Assembly (NCBI GenBank): GCA_016192905.1
Contig: JACPTG010000001.1
Span: 357,005 to 421,004 of the forward strand
DNA length: 64,000 bases
Source of the DNA: Candidatus Woesearchaeota archaeon
GTDB lineage: Archaea; Nanobdellota; Nanobdellia; Woesearchaeales; UBA10216
Direction: 5' to 3'
Part shown: in pieces, positions 1 to 10,346 of the stretch
Position numbering within the stretch: the stretch's first letter is position 1
Layout of the letters: every line of letters starts with the position of its first letter
Program-made: the position numbers and the translations under genes
Notes under the pieces: model-generated
Told to the model about the DNA's origin: nothing
Seen by the model: only the letters and a program-made list of their open reading frames with translations
Databases searched by the model: none

Positions 1-2
1 CA

Positions 3-3000
3 CTCAAACACGTCAATAATCATCTTAACCAGCTTGCCCTCATAATAGACAGTCCTGGTTATCCTCGCAACAGCAGTGGAGTTGATCTTGATAGTTGCCT
101 TAATCCTGACAGGCTCCTTAGGCTTGCCCTCACAACACCTCACCTCATAATGCCTCTCCCCTGTCTCAGTGAAGTTATACGGCCTTGTAAAGTCCTTATG
201 GAAGCCATCACACGCGTCAATAGCAGCCCGGTCAAAGAACAGGCAGCCATTAGTGCCCTGGCACTCTGAATGGCACATCTCATCATTAGTATAAGAGCAA
301 TCCTCCTCGCAAAGGCTAGAGCCAAAGCCCAAGGCAAAGTTAACCATTGTAGGCGCAACAGTATCAAAGTCCTTAATCTGGATGCCCTTCAAGGTAGACG
401 GGCTGAAAGGAGCCTTGCTCGCAATCATATCATACAGGATAGTGCCCCTGCTGGCATTCACGCCATCAATCCTGTAAGTGCCATCAGCAGCAGTGAACGT
501 CCTGTTCCTTGAGCCAACAATCTTAACCTCAACTCCCCCGAGGGGATTGCCCCCTGCATCCGTCACCTTCCCGACAACCGAGCCGGTCGGAGTAACCCAC
601 AATGCTGGATGGGTATTGGCGTCACAGACTTCAAGGAATCCGTCGCCATTGGCGTCTGCATACACCCTATCCTTGTCAGGCCTGCTGATAACATCCTTCC
701 TCTGGACTCCATTAGCCGAAGCGTAAGTGTCAATGTCCTGATAGCACTTGCCGCTTAAAACGCAGCTCTTATCAGTCGTGCAGCAGGCAACGTCAGTCAA
801 GAGGTCGCCCATCCCAGACTTGTACTTCCTCACCTCATCCTTATCATCACCACAGCAGCCAGTTGACTGATAACCGGCATACTCGCCAGGCTGGGAGCCG
901 ACAGGCAGGCCCTGACTGTCAAGCCAGCCCTGGCCGCTGCCAATCCAAGTCTTGCCGCAAGTCGTGCACGGGTTATGGTTGGCTGCGGTTGCGTCATCTG
1001 CGTCATAAGTTTTCAGGACGCAATTCTCAGCAGCGCCAGCGCCATTGGAATTCGCAGCATAATACTCGCTATAAGTGCAGGAATCAACTCCAGTGCCGCA
1101 CGTTCCCGAGCAGCCCTCTGCGCTGGCAACATGAGAAACATCCACATTACACTGGCCAGTGCCGCACGAACCCTTATCACCATTAAAGCACACTCCTGTA
1201 GTTGAAGGCGAATCATCAGAGTCACCAGTGGCAACAGTGTCATAATCCCTACACTCCTTAGAAGAACTGGTGAAAGGCGAATCCTGGGCAACTGGATTAG
1301 GGTTGCAGGCGTACTCAGTAAGCGAATATTGGCTGGCGCACGCGTCTGCCTGCGAATAAGACTGAAGATTACAATAGCCGCCACCAGCCCCAGACAGGCA
1401 TCCCTGGGCATCAGTGCCAGAGACAGTGCCGCTCAGCTTAAAGACATCCGGACTTGCGCTGTCCGAGTCCAGACATGTCTGGCCATAAGTCAGGCAGTCA
1501 TAATCCTGGCTGATGAAAGGCACGTCCTGGGCATCAGCATTCGCAGGGCAGCCATACTCTGTAAGGGCGTTAACCGTGCACTTGTCCTGCTTGCCGAAGT
1601 CAAGCTGAGTGCATCGGCCCCCAGCGCAGCCAGTTGAATCCCTGCCTGTAGTGGTTCTCGGAGTGGTAACTCCTGCAATGCCATCAGGGTCACTGCACGT
1701 CTGGCCATAAGTCAGGCAATTTGCAGTCCCGTCCGGGCATGCTGCACCCTGCGCATAAGTCTCCTTCAAATTATTGCCAGTGCAAACATCATTAAGATTA
1801 TTGAACGCGCAGAAAGCTGAACCCGGAACTCCCTGACAGGCATAATAATCCTTGCAAAGCCCTGAAGTGAAAGGAGTGTAGCCACCATCAGAATCCTCAG
1901 ATGCCTTAGCCGTACAGTCCTCAGTCTGGGTGATTGTATAATCGCAGTACGGAGAGCCAGACGGAATACAAGCATAACTCCGGTACACCCTCACACCAGC
2001 ATTCGAACAATACCAACCAGTCAACAAATTACAGTCCTGAATCATACTGTCAGAAGCCGCATCATTACAATAACCGCCGCTACCGCCATTAGTGCACTGC
2101 CACTCATTCCTCATAATCTTACCCGCATTCCCGCCAGAACCACAATAATTATACTCAGAATTCTCACAATTATACGAATTGCTCACCCAAGGAATGCTAT
2201 CCTGATTAGAGCCGCAGCCATACTCAGTCAGACTGTTACCGCTACACCTGTCAGTAAACGCATAACTGCTGCCAATGCACCTGCTGCCACTGCAACTCGT
2301 CCCATCATAGCCAGAGACTGAGCCAGCAGAATTATAATTAGAAGGCGAACCATCCAAATCTGAACAGCTCTGGGCGTAAGTATTGCAGTTATAGTTCTTA
2401 CTTGGACAGGAAACTCCTGACGCATAAGTCTCTGCAAGATCAGTGTTGGATACGCAGTTATCATTATAATCCCTCAAATCACAATAAGCATTCGGGCCAG
2501 AGCCAGCACACTGGGTAAAGTCCCTGCAATAACCGCTGACGTCAGGCCTGTCACCCAAATCACTATCCTGACTGGCCAACTTGGGGCAGTCATCAGTCTG
2601 AGTAACTGTATAAGCGCAGGCAGGAGAGCCAGAAGCAGAACTGCAGGTATAATCCCTAAGCTCACGAGCGCCTGTAGGAGTGCAATACCATCCAGACTGC
2701 AACCCGCAATTCTGAACAAGAGAATCCTGCGCACCATCATTACAATAGCCGCCTTCTGCGCCAGAAGAGCAACGCCACTCATTCCTCATAATATTCCTGC
2801 CACTGCAATAAGTTGATTCCTGACTCTCACAATCACTAGTCTGAGACACATAAGGACTGTCCTGGCCGCTTGGATTACTCGGACATCCATATTCAGTCAC
2901 GAAATTGCCCGAAGGACCCCCACAGGAGTCACGAATTTCATAACCACTTGAAGAGCACTTACCCTGGCTACAGCCAGTACTATCAGAACCAGACACCTTC

Positions 3001-6000
3001 CCAGCAGAGTTAAAGACACTCCCACCATCAGAATCAACACAGGACTGGCCATAGGAATAACAGTCAGCCACAGTGCCAGAGCAATAAACACCATTCGCCA
3101 ACATCTCACCCAAATACCTGCCATCCATGCAATAGTCAGAAGAAGCCCACGCCACACAATCTGCACTGCCAGGGGTTCCTCCGCACCCATAATAATCATT
3201 ACATGAGCCATAAGCAAAGGGATAATTACCGCTATCAGAATCCGTACTGGCCTTACCCAGACAATCCTCAGGCTGGGAAGCCGCATAGGTACAGGCAGCA
3301 GAGCCGGAAACAACACCACAAGTATACTGCCTATACTCCTTCGTATTGCCATTGCAATACCAACCAGACTTAGCACCACAATCATCAACCAGAGAATCAG
3401 CAGCACCATCATTACACGCGCCGGAAGAACACTGCCACTCGTTCCTCATAATCTTACCTGCATTGGCGCCTGAGCCGCAGTAAGTTGTCTCTGAGTTTTT
3501 GCAGTTTATATCCGTGCTGGTGCATGAAGAGATGCCGCTTGAATAATATTCCCTCAGGGAAGTTGATGTGAGGCACGTATCAGTGACTGTGCTGCTTATG
3601 CATGCAGTCCCCTGACATGCCCCGGTTGTAGTTCCGGAAGTATAGGCTGTACATGAGCTAGCTGTACTTGGAACATTTCCACCATCAGGCTCGACAGTTC
3701 TTTGCACGCACCAGGAGCAGCCTTGCCGAGTTACTGGATTTTGGGCTTGTCGGCAGGACAGTTCGAAACTACACGCAGAGCACCCATTATCAGTTGTTGA
3801 GGTATAGTAGCAACCACCTACGCAATTTGAAATGGCCGAGCAGTCGGGATAGCAGCAGCTTGTTTGCGAGGGGGGCTTGGTATCCTTTTCATCGCATGTC
3901 CCAGCAGCCCCGCAGGATGCCTCGCAAAGGCCCCCGCCATAACTCGGAGTCGGAGAAGTCTGCTTTTTGTTGGCATCACAGGTAACACACACACCCGAAG
4001 AAGTATCGCAAGTGCCTGAGCAGCACTGGCTATTCTGAGTGCAAGCTTGGCCTGCTGCTGCCAGTGCAGTGTGGGTAACGCCACTCCCTGTGCACGCATC
4101 AACAGTGCAGGCATTCCCATCATCAATGGATGCAGTCTGGTAATTGCAGTTCACAGTGGATGTGCAGCTTGGATTTGGATTATAGTAACACACTCCGCTG
4201 ACTGTCTTGGGAGAAGGACAGCTGCCGGTGATGTCAAGATAATTGCAGGAAGTAGTGCAGCAGGAGTTGCCAGAGGCCGCGCCTGCAGCCTTCTCATCAC
4301 ACCTGATATCAGCGCCACAGGAAGAGTCGCAGAGGTTGCCGCCATAAACGTTTGACGGGCTCGTCTGCACGCTGTTGGAATTGCACCTGATACAGACGCC
4401 ATTGGTGTTATCCCTCAAGCCAGAGCAGCAGTCCGAAGCCTGCGTCGAACTTAACCCATCCAAAATCTTAGTTACATGCGAAACGCCAGAAGAAGAGCAG
4501 ACATCCACAGTGCATGAATTGCCATCATCCACAACAGCGCTGCCCGGCGCAGTATACGAATAGGCAGAGCAAGACTCGCCATAATAGCAGCGGCCACTCA
4601 CAACAACCCCATTATCATTGCAAGCAGCAGTGCCAGAACTGCATGAGGCTGCATTTGAAGCACCGCAAGTCCAGCCGCTATTAAGGTTGCAGGAAACCAC
4701 AAGGCTCCCATAATAGCAGTTGCCATTGGCAACCAGCCCCTGCTCCCTGGAGCACGCATTCATATCAAGAGTGCTGGAAGTGCAGTCACTCTTACAACAC
4801 TGGCTGCCAGTGGAATACCCGCCGCTCTGCTCATCACACGCAGCACTTGCCCCGCAGGAAGCCTCACATTGATAACCGCCGAAAGCATTACCGGGATTAC
4901 CCTGCCTACTGCCGCTGCACTGAATACAGACGCCATTGCCAATAGGGAAGCGCAGGCCGCCTCCCTTGGTCATATATTCCTGACCTGGCCGCACGTCAGC
5001 ATTAGACTTAAAGTCTCCGATATGATACCTTACCCTCACATTCTCTGATTGGAAGGTCGCGTAGTCATTAACCTTGATATAGTCTACATTCAGCTCCCTG
5101 CCATTGTCTTCATCCGGATTTGTATAAACAACCGCAACCTCTGAGCCATCCCTTATCAACGGTTCAGAACCCAAAAGCCACTGAGTGGTGTAATCTGCAT
5201 AGCTGCCTGTAGTTGTAAACGTATTCCGCCTTACCCAAGACTGAGAGGAAGACTCCCTAATCCACACCTCAACAACAGGCATAACACTGCCAGAATAACC
5301 AGGATAGTAAGAGCCCTTAGCCCTCACAATAACAGACTTGTAAAAGCCACCCAAGGCGTTTGAGTCGCAGATATTGCCCGAGCAACAGTCAGCACTGGAT
5401 GAGCAAACATTTGAATTTGGGCTGCATGCTTCAGTTACCTTAGGAGTGTCAACATTTACTGCGCTGGTTGCATCACAGTCGTCATTTGTAGAATCAAGCT
5501 TTACCAAATACTGTCCCCTAGCATTAGGCACATTGCCAGTGAAAAGATCAGTATAGCTGGTGACTGGGCTGGGCGATGAATAGCTCACTGCTGTCGCGCT
5601 ATCAGAGCTGCGGACTAAGGTTGACTGCAGATTTCCATTCTTGTCAACTATCCGGACGCTGAAGCTGCTTGCAGCGCAGCCACATGAGACCAGAGTGGAA
5701 GCTGAAATATACTCGCCTGGATTAAAGTTGTTCTTATTCGGGGTAATGGACTTGCTGTTGGCGCACACATTAATTGTAGTATACCTGTCACATCCATTAT
5801 CAGGCGAGTCAAGCATCACATTATAAGTTCCTGCTGCCGAGGGAGCAGTGCCGTAGAAGGTATCGCCATAAGCAGTTGAATCAGAAGAGGCGTGAACACC
5901 GCTGCCCATGCTGCTTACAAGAGTGCCATCCTGCTTCAGAATCTTCACCGTAAAACTGTTCCTAGTGCAAGCGCAGTTCGTACTCGTAGTTGCTGTAACC

Positions 6001-6593
6001 GACTCGCCTGGGAAATAAGTGGCCTTACTGGTGCTGAGAGAGCTTGACTTGCCAACCACTGTAAAAGACTGGGGAAGCTGCTTGAAACGCCACTCAAGGC
6101 ACTGGTCAGCTTCGCCCCTAACATTCCAGTCAAACTTAACGTAGTAAGTGCCAGTTGATGACGGCGCGCTGAAAGACCGCGAACATGAGCCGCCAACCGC
6201 ATAGGCGCACCTGTTGGCTCCCCAGCCGTCCTGCCAGTTGCCACAATATATAGAAGGCTCCTTACCAAAGCCGACAGCAGTCACAAAAGTGCCGCCGGAA
6301 TTGTATACGCCCACTTTACCCTTGTTTGAATCATCATTAGGAAGTCGAAGAGTGGTCACAGTGTCTGACAACAGCCCATTCCCGCAGTCAACCTTTCCAA
6401 CATTATTGTAAGTCAGGGTGACAGAGTCGCTAGGGCAGAGGTTGTTGACCGGCGAAATTGAAATATCAGGCTCAGGATATGTAAGCTCGTGGCCTGCCCA
6501 CGGCTCAGAGTAAAGCGTCTCATCCTGACTGATGACAAAGGTGGAAAGAAGGAAAACACCCAACAAAGCAATGGCCAGCCACCTCAACCTCAT
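3..6593 (-). CDS. Giant cysteine-rich secreted/surface protein (~2197 aa): signal peptide, Ig-like domains, CBM60-like domain, Cys-rich repeats, carboxypeptidase-regulatory-like domain; stop probably just off the window
   Basis: ATG at 6593 overlaps the TGA of the upstream gene and reads MRLRWLAIALLGVFLLSTF. The frame was open in every segment translated by hand and is the same at both ends, finishing ...EGKLVKMIIDVFE followed by TG at the edge. Its absence from the ORF track fits having no stop inside the window. Confidence 0.88.
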   Translation of the reverse strand, partial: MRLRWLAIALLGVFLLSTFVISQDETLYSEPWAGHELTYPEPDISISPVNNLCPSDSVTLTYNNVGKVDCGNGLLSDTVTTLRLPNDDSNKGKVGVYNSGGTFVTAVGFGKEPSIYCGNWQDGWGANRCAYAVGGSCSRSFSAPSSTGTYYVKFDWNVRGEADQCLEWRFKQLPQSFTVVGKSSSLSTSKATYFPGESVTATTSTNCACTRNSFTVKILKQDGTLVSSMGSGVHASSDSTAYGDTFYGTAPSAAGTYNVMLDSPDNGCDRYTTINVCANSKSITPNKNNFNPGEYISASTLVSCGCAASSFSVRIVDKNGNLQSTLVRSSDSATAVSYSSPSPVTSYTDLFTGNVPNARGQYLVKLDSTNDDCDATSAVNVDTPKVTEACSPNSNVCSSSADCCSGNICDSNALGGFYKSVIVRAKGSYYPGYSGSVMPVVEVWIRESSSQSWVRRNTFTTTGSYADYTTQWLLGSEPLIRDGSEVAVVYTNPDEDNGRELNVDYIKVNDYATFQSENVRVRYHIGDFKSNADVRPGQEYMTKGGGLRFPIGNGVCIQCSGSRQGNPGNAFGGYQCEASCGASAACDEQSGGYSTGSQCCKSDCTSSTLDMNACSREQGLVANGNCYYGSLVVSCNLNSGWTCGASNAASCSSGTAACNDNGVVVSGRCYYGESCSAYSYTAPGSAVVDDGNSCTVDVCSSSGVSHVTKILDGLSSTQASDCCSGLRDNTNGVCIRCNSNSVQTSPSNVYGGNLCDSSCGADIRCDEKAAGAASGNSCCTTSCNYLDITGSCPSPKTVSGVCYYNPNPSCTSTVNCNYQTASIDDGNACTVDACTGSGVTHTALAAAGQACTQNSQCCSGTCDTSSGVCVTCDANKKQTSPTPSYGGGLCEASCGAAGTCDEKDTKPPSQTSCCYPDCSAISNCVGGCYYTSTTDNGCSACSFELSCRQAQNPVTRQGCSWCVQRTVEPDGGNVPSTASSCTAYTSGTTTGACQGTACISSTVTDTCLTSTSLREYYSSGISSCTSTDINCKNSETTYCGSGANAGKIMRNEWQCSSGACNDGAADSLVDDCGAKSGWYCNGNTKEYRQYTCGVVSGSAACTYAASQPEDCLGKASTDSDSGNYPFAYGSCNDYYGCGGTPGSADCVAWASSDYCMDGRYLGEMLANGVYCSGTVADCYSYGQSCVDSDGGSVFNSAGKVSGSDSTGCSQGKCSSSGYEIRDSCGGPSGNFVTEYGCPSNPSGQDSPYVSQTSDCESQESTYCSGRNIMRNEWRCSSGAEGGYCNDGAQDSLVQNCGLQSGWYCTPTGARELRDYTCSSASGSPACAYTVTQTDDCPKLASQDSDLGDRPDVSGYCRDFTQCAGSGPNAYCDLRDYNDNCVSNTDLAETYASGVSCPSKNYNCNTYAQSCSDLDGSPSNYNSAGSVSGYDGTSCSGSRCIGSSYAFTDRCSGNSLTEYGCGSNQDSIPWVSNSYNCENSEYNYCGSGGNAGKIMRNEWQCTNGGSGGYCNDAASDSMIQDCNLLTGWYCSNAGVRVYRSYACIPSGSPYCDYTITQTEDCTAKASEDSDGGYTPFTSGLCKDYYACQGVPGSAFCAFNNLNDVCTGNNLKETYAQGAACPDGTANCLTYGQTCSDPDGIAGVTTPRTTTGRDSTGCAGGRCTQLDFGKQDKCTVNALTEYGCPANADAQDVPFISQDYDCLTYGQTCLDSDSASPDVFKLSGTVSGTDAQGCLSGAGGGYCNLQSYSQADACASQYSLTEYACNPNPVAQDSPFTSSSKECRDYDTVATGDSDDSPSTTGVCFNGDKGSCGTGQCNVDVSHVASAEGCSGTCGTGVDSCTYSEYYAANSNGAGAAENCVLKTYDADDATAANHNPCTTCGKTWIGSGQGWLDSQGLPVGSQPGEYAGYQSTGCCGDDKDEVRKYKSGMGDLLTDVACCTTDKSCVLSGKCYQDIDTYASANGVQRKDVISRPDKDRVYADANGDGFLEVCDANTHPALWVTPTGSVVGKVTDAGGNPLGGVEVKIVGSRNRTFTAADGTYRIDGVNASRGTILYDMIASKAPFSPSTLKGIQIKDFDTVAPTMVNFALGFGSSLCEEDCSYTNDEMCHSECQGTNGCLFFDRAAIDACDGFHKDFTRPYNFTETGERHYEVRCCEGKPKEPVRIKATIKINSTAVARITRTVYYEGKLVKMIIDVFE

Positions 6594-8206
6594 CTGACCC
6601 TCCGCTTCCTTGGCTGAACCTTAGGCAGCGCAGGCGGCCTCCTGGAAAGCAACCTGGCACCTATGAAGGCGGTAAGCGCAGCTACCAGCAAGCCAGCCAG
6701 GTACGGCCAGAGGCTTAGAATGTTAAAGCCTGGCTTCCTGAACTGGAATGGCGTTGCATTAATGACCTTTGAAACCTTTCCGCCGGGGTACTCTGCAGTA
6801 AAATTATAGGAGCCTGCCTCAAGGCGAAGCTCCTGAACAGTGCTCAGGTCAATGGGACCGATGTTTGAAGGGCCATTAGTGTAGAAGGCCGTGGCAGGAA
6901 CCCCATAAACCAGCTTCCCATTCTCATCTGAAATCTTCAACAGCACGTAAACAGGCGTGCCCTCAACAAACGAATCCTTTGACTCCTTGAACGACTGGTC
7001 TGAAGAGAAGACAAGCGAAGCCGAAGCGATTAAAGGAGCGAAACTGGAGGATTTTGAGGAAATCCTGTAGGAATCCACGACCTTACCTTCAGAGACTGCC
7101 TCGGCAACCACTGAAAACTCATCTACAGTCTCCTTTGCCTTGAAAGTGAGGACTTCCTCAGCCATATTGGCACCTGCATTAGCCCCTGTCAAATCGATGG
7201 GCAGCCTGCCAAAGGAGAAATCCTTCCAAAACTCTGCCATTGCCTTGCCATCCTTGTCAGAGAACCTAAGGCTCAAACGGCCTGAAATGTTGGACACCGA
7301 ATCCGCAGGCCCAACAAAAACCGCCTTCACATTTGCTGTCTCCCCTGCCTTATAAGCGGGCTTATCGGCAGAAAGCTCAACAAGCCTTGCGCCAGAACCG
7401 GCAACAACAAGCCTGTTCCTATAAAGGGAAAGAAGCTCTGCCCCATCATAGACCCCAATCCTGACAGCATAAGCAGTCGGCTTTGACGGCGCGGGAAAGT
7501 CAACTGGAAACTCATTGAGACCGGGGGAAAAGCTTAAAGGCTTGGAATAGGAGTAAACTGGCTTATCACCCAGAGTATCATCCCACTCATACACATCATA
7601 ATCCAGTATTAACTGCCGGGCTGAAGCGCTGGAAACAACAACCCTTGACTTCACAGTTGAGCCGGGCTGGACAGTCGGGCCAAGCTGGCTGGAGTAGCAG
7701 CCTTCCACACCTGAAAGCACGCCACAGACAACAGTAGAATTCCGGCTGATGGAGACCTGAGGAGCTGAAGCAGAACTGTTAACCCTGAAATACACAACAG
7801 CAGGGCTGATGTAAGACCAAGGCCAGCCGACAACGGCACTGCGGCCATCCTTCAAATAAATCTCAGCCCTGTACACTCCCGCCGGGGCAAAGCCAGGAAT
7901 TGACAGATTCACCCTATAATCACCAGCCTCACCCACCCTCAAATGAAGGCCGCGGTAAACCTCCTCAGAAAACTGATTCGCACGCGGCTCAAGGCTCAGA
8001 AAGGCAACCACAAGATAGCCGTCAAGCATCGCATCAGGGCCGCTGTTGGTGACTTTGACGTTAAGATAGCCGCTGGTTCCGGCACTGTAAACCGGCTCAT
8101 TGGTGTAAGCCTGGATTGAGGCAGCGGCTGAAACAAGAGATGCCGAAACTAAAGCTAAAGCAAGGATTAGCAGTATGACTACCCCTCTTTTTTTCATGTT
8201 TACCAA
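6590..8206 (-). CDS. Membrane-anchored surface protein with Ig-like domains (538 aa)
   Basis: N-terminal signal peptide, beta-rich body, C-terminal TM helix and basic tail; coupled to the giant gene by an ATGA overlap. Confidence 0.85.
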   Translation of the reverse strand: MVNMKKRGVVILLILALALVSASLVSAAASIQAYTNEPVYSAGTSGYLNVKVTNSGPDAMLDGYLVVAFLSLEPRANQFSEEVYRGLHLRVGEAGDYRVNLSIPGFAPAGVYRAEIYLKDGRSAVVGWPWSYISPAVVYFRVNSSASAPQVSISRNSTVVCGVLSGVEGCYSSQLGPTVQPGSTVKSRVVVSSASARQLILDYDVYEWDDTLGDKPVYSYSKPLSFSPGLNEFPVDFPAPSKPTAYAVRIGVYDGAELLSLYRNRLVVAGSGARLVELSADKPAYKAGETANVKAVFVGPADSVSNISGRLSLRFSDKDGKAMAEFWKDFSFGRLPIDLTGANAGANMAEEVLTFKAKETVDEFSVVAEAVSEGKVVDSYRISSKSSSFAPLIASASLVFSSDQSFKESKDSFVEGTPVYVLLKISDENGKLVYGVPATAFYTNGPSNIGPIDLSTVQELRLEAGSYNFTAEYPGGKVSKVINATPFQFRKPGFNILSLWPYLAGLLVAALTAFIGARLLSRRPPALPKVQPRKRRVR

Positions 8207-8227
8207 GAATTCTTTAGCCGGAGAATC

Positions 8228-8244
8228 CTATTTAAAGCTTTTGG
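8228..8244 (-). promoter_or_regulatory. BRE/TATA promoter of the left surface-protein operon
   Basis: CCAAAAGCTTTAAATAG on the minus strand about 22 nt upstream of the start; identical 17-mer at 61205..61221. Confidence 0.7.
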
Positions 8245-8361
8245 CCGCTTTCTGGCATCGGAAACCTCACCATAACAGCAGACTGCATCAAAGTTTATAT
8301 TTTATATAAATGACTATTCCTTAGCTCAGATGTTTAACTTTATATAAGCAACCTGCGCCAA

Positions 8362-8666
8362 AGGTGCACAAATATTATATAGCCTCAGGCACACAGGCTC
8401 ACATATGTTCAGAAGGCCTGCAGTGCTGCCAAAAAATCCGAACGATTGGAAAGCCTTTCTGCCTGGACTAAACACTTTTGTTGAGCCCAAGCAAGGTTCT
8501 CCATTGCATTCTGCCCAGACTGCCGGCTTAAACCTGCCAACACACGCAAAGAACACCTTAAACAGCACGGCAATAGAATGTCCACTTCAAAGTAGTTAAA
8601 AGAATAAACTTTATAAATTATAGCCCTTACAAAGTAGTAAAATGCCAAGACGCAAGGGTACGGCGA
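8362..8666 (+). repeat. 305-bp direct repeat, copy 1 (upstream unit of an M23 cassette)
   Basis: Aligns without gaps to 10042..10346 (offset 1680) with about 13 mismatches counted by hand. Confidence 0.95.
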
Positions 8667-9947
8667 CTCGCAGCAGGAATAGCCGCCATACTATTCCAAA
8701 TAAACCCCTTCGCCCAGCCAGCACAGGCAAACCCAAACTACAGGCCACCCGCGGTAAGCCGACAGGCAGATACCTACCAAAGGCCAAGCGAAGAAAAGGA
8801 GCAGAACCCAAACAACAGATTCATAACAGCCAGCAACACACCATTAGTTTACCTACAGCAGGCAATAAGTCCGACGGCGACCGTAACGGGCACATCTGCA
8901 TTTACACCAACCACGCCATTCTTAACATGGTTCATGCCTAAGGGAAAAGAATGGGGAATAAGCAACCAATATGATTATTGTTGGGATCCGCCAGGCAAAA
9001 AGTGCGATTATAAAGACAGAGAGGAAACTATAGCCAGAGATAACCATACTGGAATAGACGTTATTTCATTCGAGAACACTATGGTTGTTGCTGCGGCCCC
9101 TGGAAAGGTTATGCCCATTCAAAGAGACCCTTCAAATGATGAGTATGGTGTTCTTATTGACCATGCTAATGGCTATGGTAGCTCTTATACTCACATGGAT
9201 AATCCGGCTGATATGCCCAATCCCATAAAAGTTGGACAGAAAATAGAAAGAGGTCAGATTATTGGAAAGTTTAAGCGGTATGGACTAGGCGGGGGTCATG
9301 TGCATTTCGCAGTTATGTTTATAAATGATGGAGAGTTAGGGTACGGGACGATGGGCCCATATAGGAGAATCAGTCAACCTGTAAGCCAATACAACCAAAA
9401 TTTGTGGCTTGATGATCGGGGGCGTGAAAACTGCCCGCATTACGCTGGGGAAACCGATGCGCAGGATTGTATAGGAGACTTTTGGCCGCCGTACACGGCA
9501 ACTGCTACCCCTAGTAGCACAAGCAGCCCGACGCAGGTTGCGACATACACACCAACAACACCGCCCACAGCAACACCCAACTTCACAGCAACACCCTCTC
9601 AAACAGGCACGCCAACGGCAACAAGCAGCCCAACAGCAGTTGCAACCTTCACACCAACAGGAACACCAAGCCCAACACCAAACTTCACACCAACACCTAC
9701 ACCAACAAACACGCCAACCTCAACACCCGCACAGGCAACACCCGAACCAGTAGTATGCGGAGCAGGCGGAAGAGTTGTACAGAAAGCAACAGGCCAACAG
9801 ACATGCCAATATTTCGCAAATGTCCCGGTAGTATTAAACTATACCTCAGGAAACCAGAACATAGCCGTAACTGGCGCTACCACAGCAGCATACACATCAG
9901 CAGCAGCAGACTACAGGATAAGCGCAACACGTCCGGCACTACGCTGA
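8667..9947 (+). CDS. M23-family metallopeptidase with Pro/Thr-rich stalk, copy 1; 5' end lacks a canonical start (possible pseudogene)
   Basis: HTGID (HxxxD), SYTHM and GHVHF (HxH) motifs. The frame is open upstream of ATG 8934 and encodes LAAGIAAILFQ, homologous to copy 2, but the 87-bp segment holding the copy-2 start is absent. Confidence 0.8.
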   Translation, partial: LAAGIAAILFQINPFAQPAQANPNYRPPAVSRQADTYQRPSEEKEQNPNNRFITASNTPLVYLQQAISPTATVTGTSAFTPTTPFLTWFMPKGKEWGISNQYDYCWDPPGKKCDYKDREETIARDNHTGIDVISFENTMVVAAAPGKVMPIQRDPSNDEYGVLIDHANGYGSSYTHMDNPADMPNPIKVGQKIERGQIIGKFKRYGLGGGHVHFAVMFINDGELGYGTMGPYRRISQPVSQYNQNLWLDDRGRENCPHYAGETDAQDCIGDFWPPYTATATPSSTSSPTQVATYTPTTPPTATPNFTATPSQTGTPTATSSPTAVATFTPTGTPSPTPNFTPTPTPTNTPTSTPAQATPEPVVCGAGGRVVQKATGQQTCQYFANVPVVLNYTSGNQNIAVTGATTAAYTSAAADYRISATRPALR

Positions 9948-9953
9948 GAAGGC

Positions 9954-10039
9954 CTCACACAAACATGTCAGTTGTAATGCCCAGATTTAACCAATAGTAT
10001 GCATTTCTAGTGCACAATTTAAGGATAAAATGTGCATTT
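9954..10039 (+). repeat. 86-bp 3' direct repeat, copy 1, with an 11-6-11 palindrome at 10010..10037
   Basis: Aligns to 11592..11677 (offset 1638); GTGCACAATTT-AAGGAT-AAAATGTGCAT. Confidence 0.9.
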
Positions 10040-10041
10040 AC

Positions 10042-10346
10042 AGGTGCACAAATATTATATAGCCTCAGGCACACAGGCTCACATATGTTCAGAAGGCCTG
10101 CAGCGCTGCCAAAAAATCCGAACGATTGGAAGACGTTTCAGTCCGGACTAAACACTTTTGTTGAGCCAAAGCAAGGTTCTCCATTGCATTCTGCTCCTGC
10201 TGCCAGCTTAAACCTGCCAACACACGCAAAGAACACCTTAAACAGCACGGCAATAGAATGTCCACTTCAAAGTAGTTAAAAGAATAAACTTTATAAATTA
10301 TAGCCCTTACAAAGTAGTAAAATGCCAAGACGCAAGGGTACGGCGA
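10042..10346 (+). repeat. 305-bp direct repeat, copy 2
   Basis: About 96% identical to 8362..8666. Confidence 0.95.

Noticed and set aside
140..6411. Many short ORFs listed in the track
   Set aside because: They are shadow frames of the single giant minus-strand gene.
8362..10346. Duplicated 305-bp unit as a DGR template/variable repeat pair
   Set aside because: Mismatches are not adenine-specific and no reverse transcriptase lies in the window.
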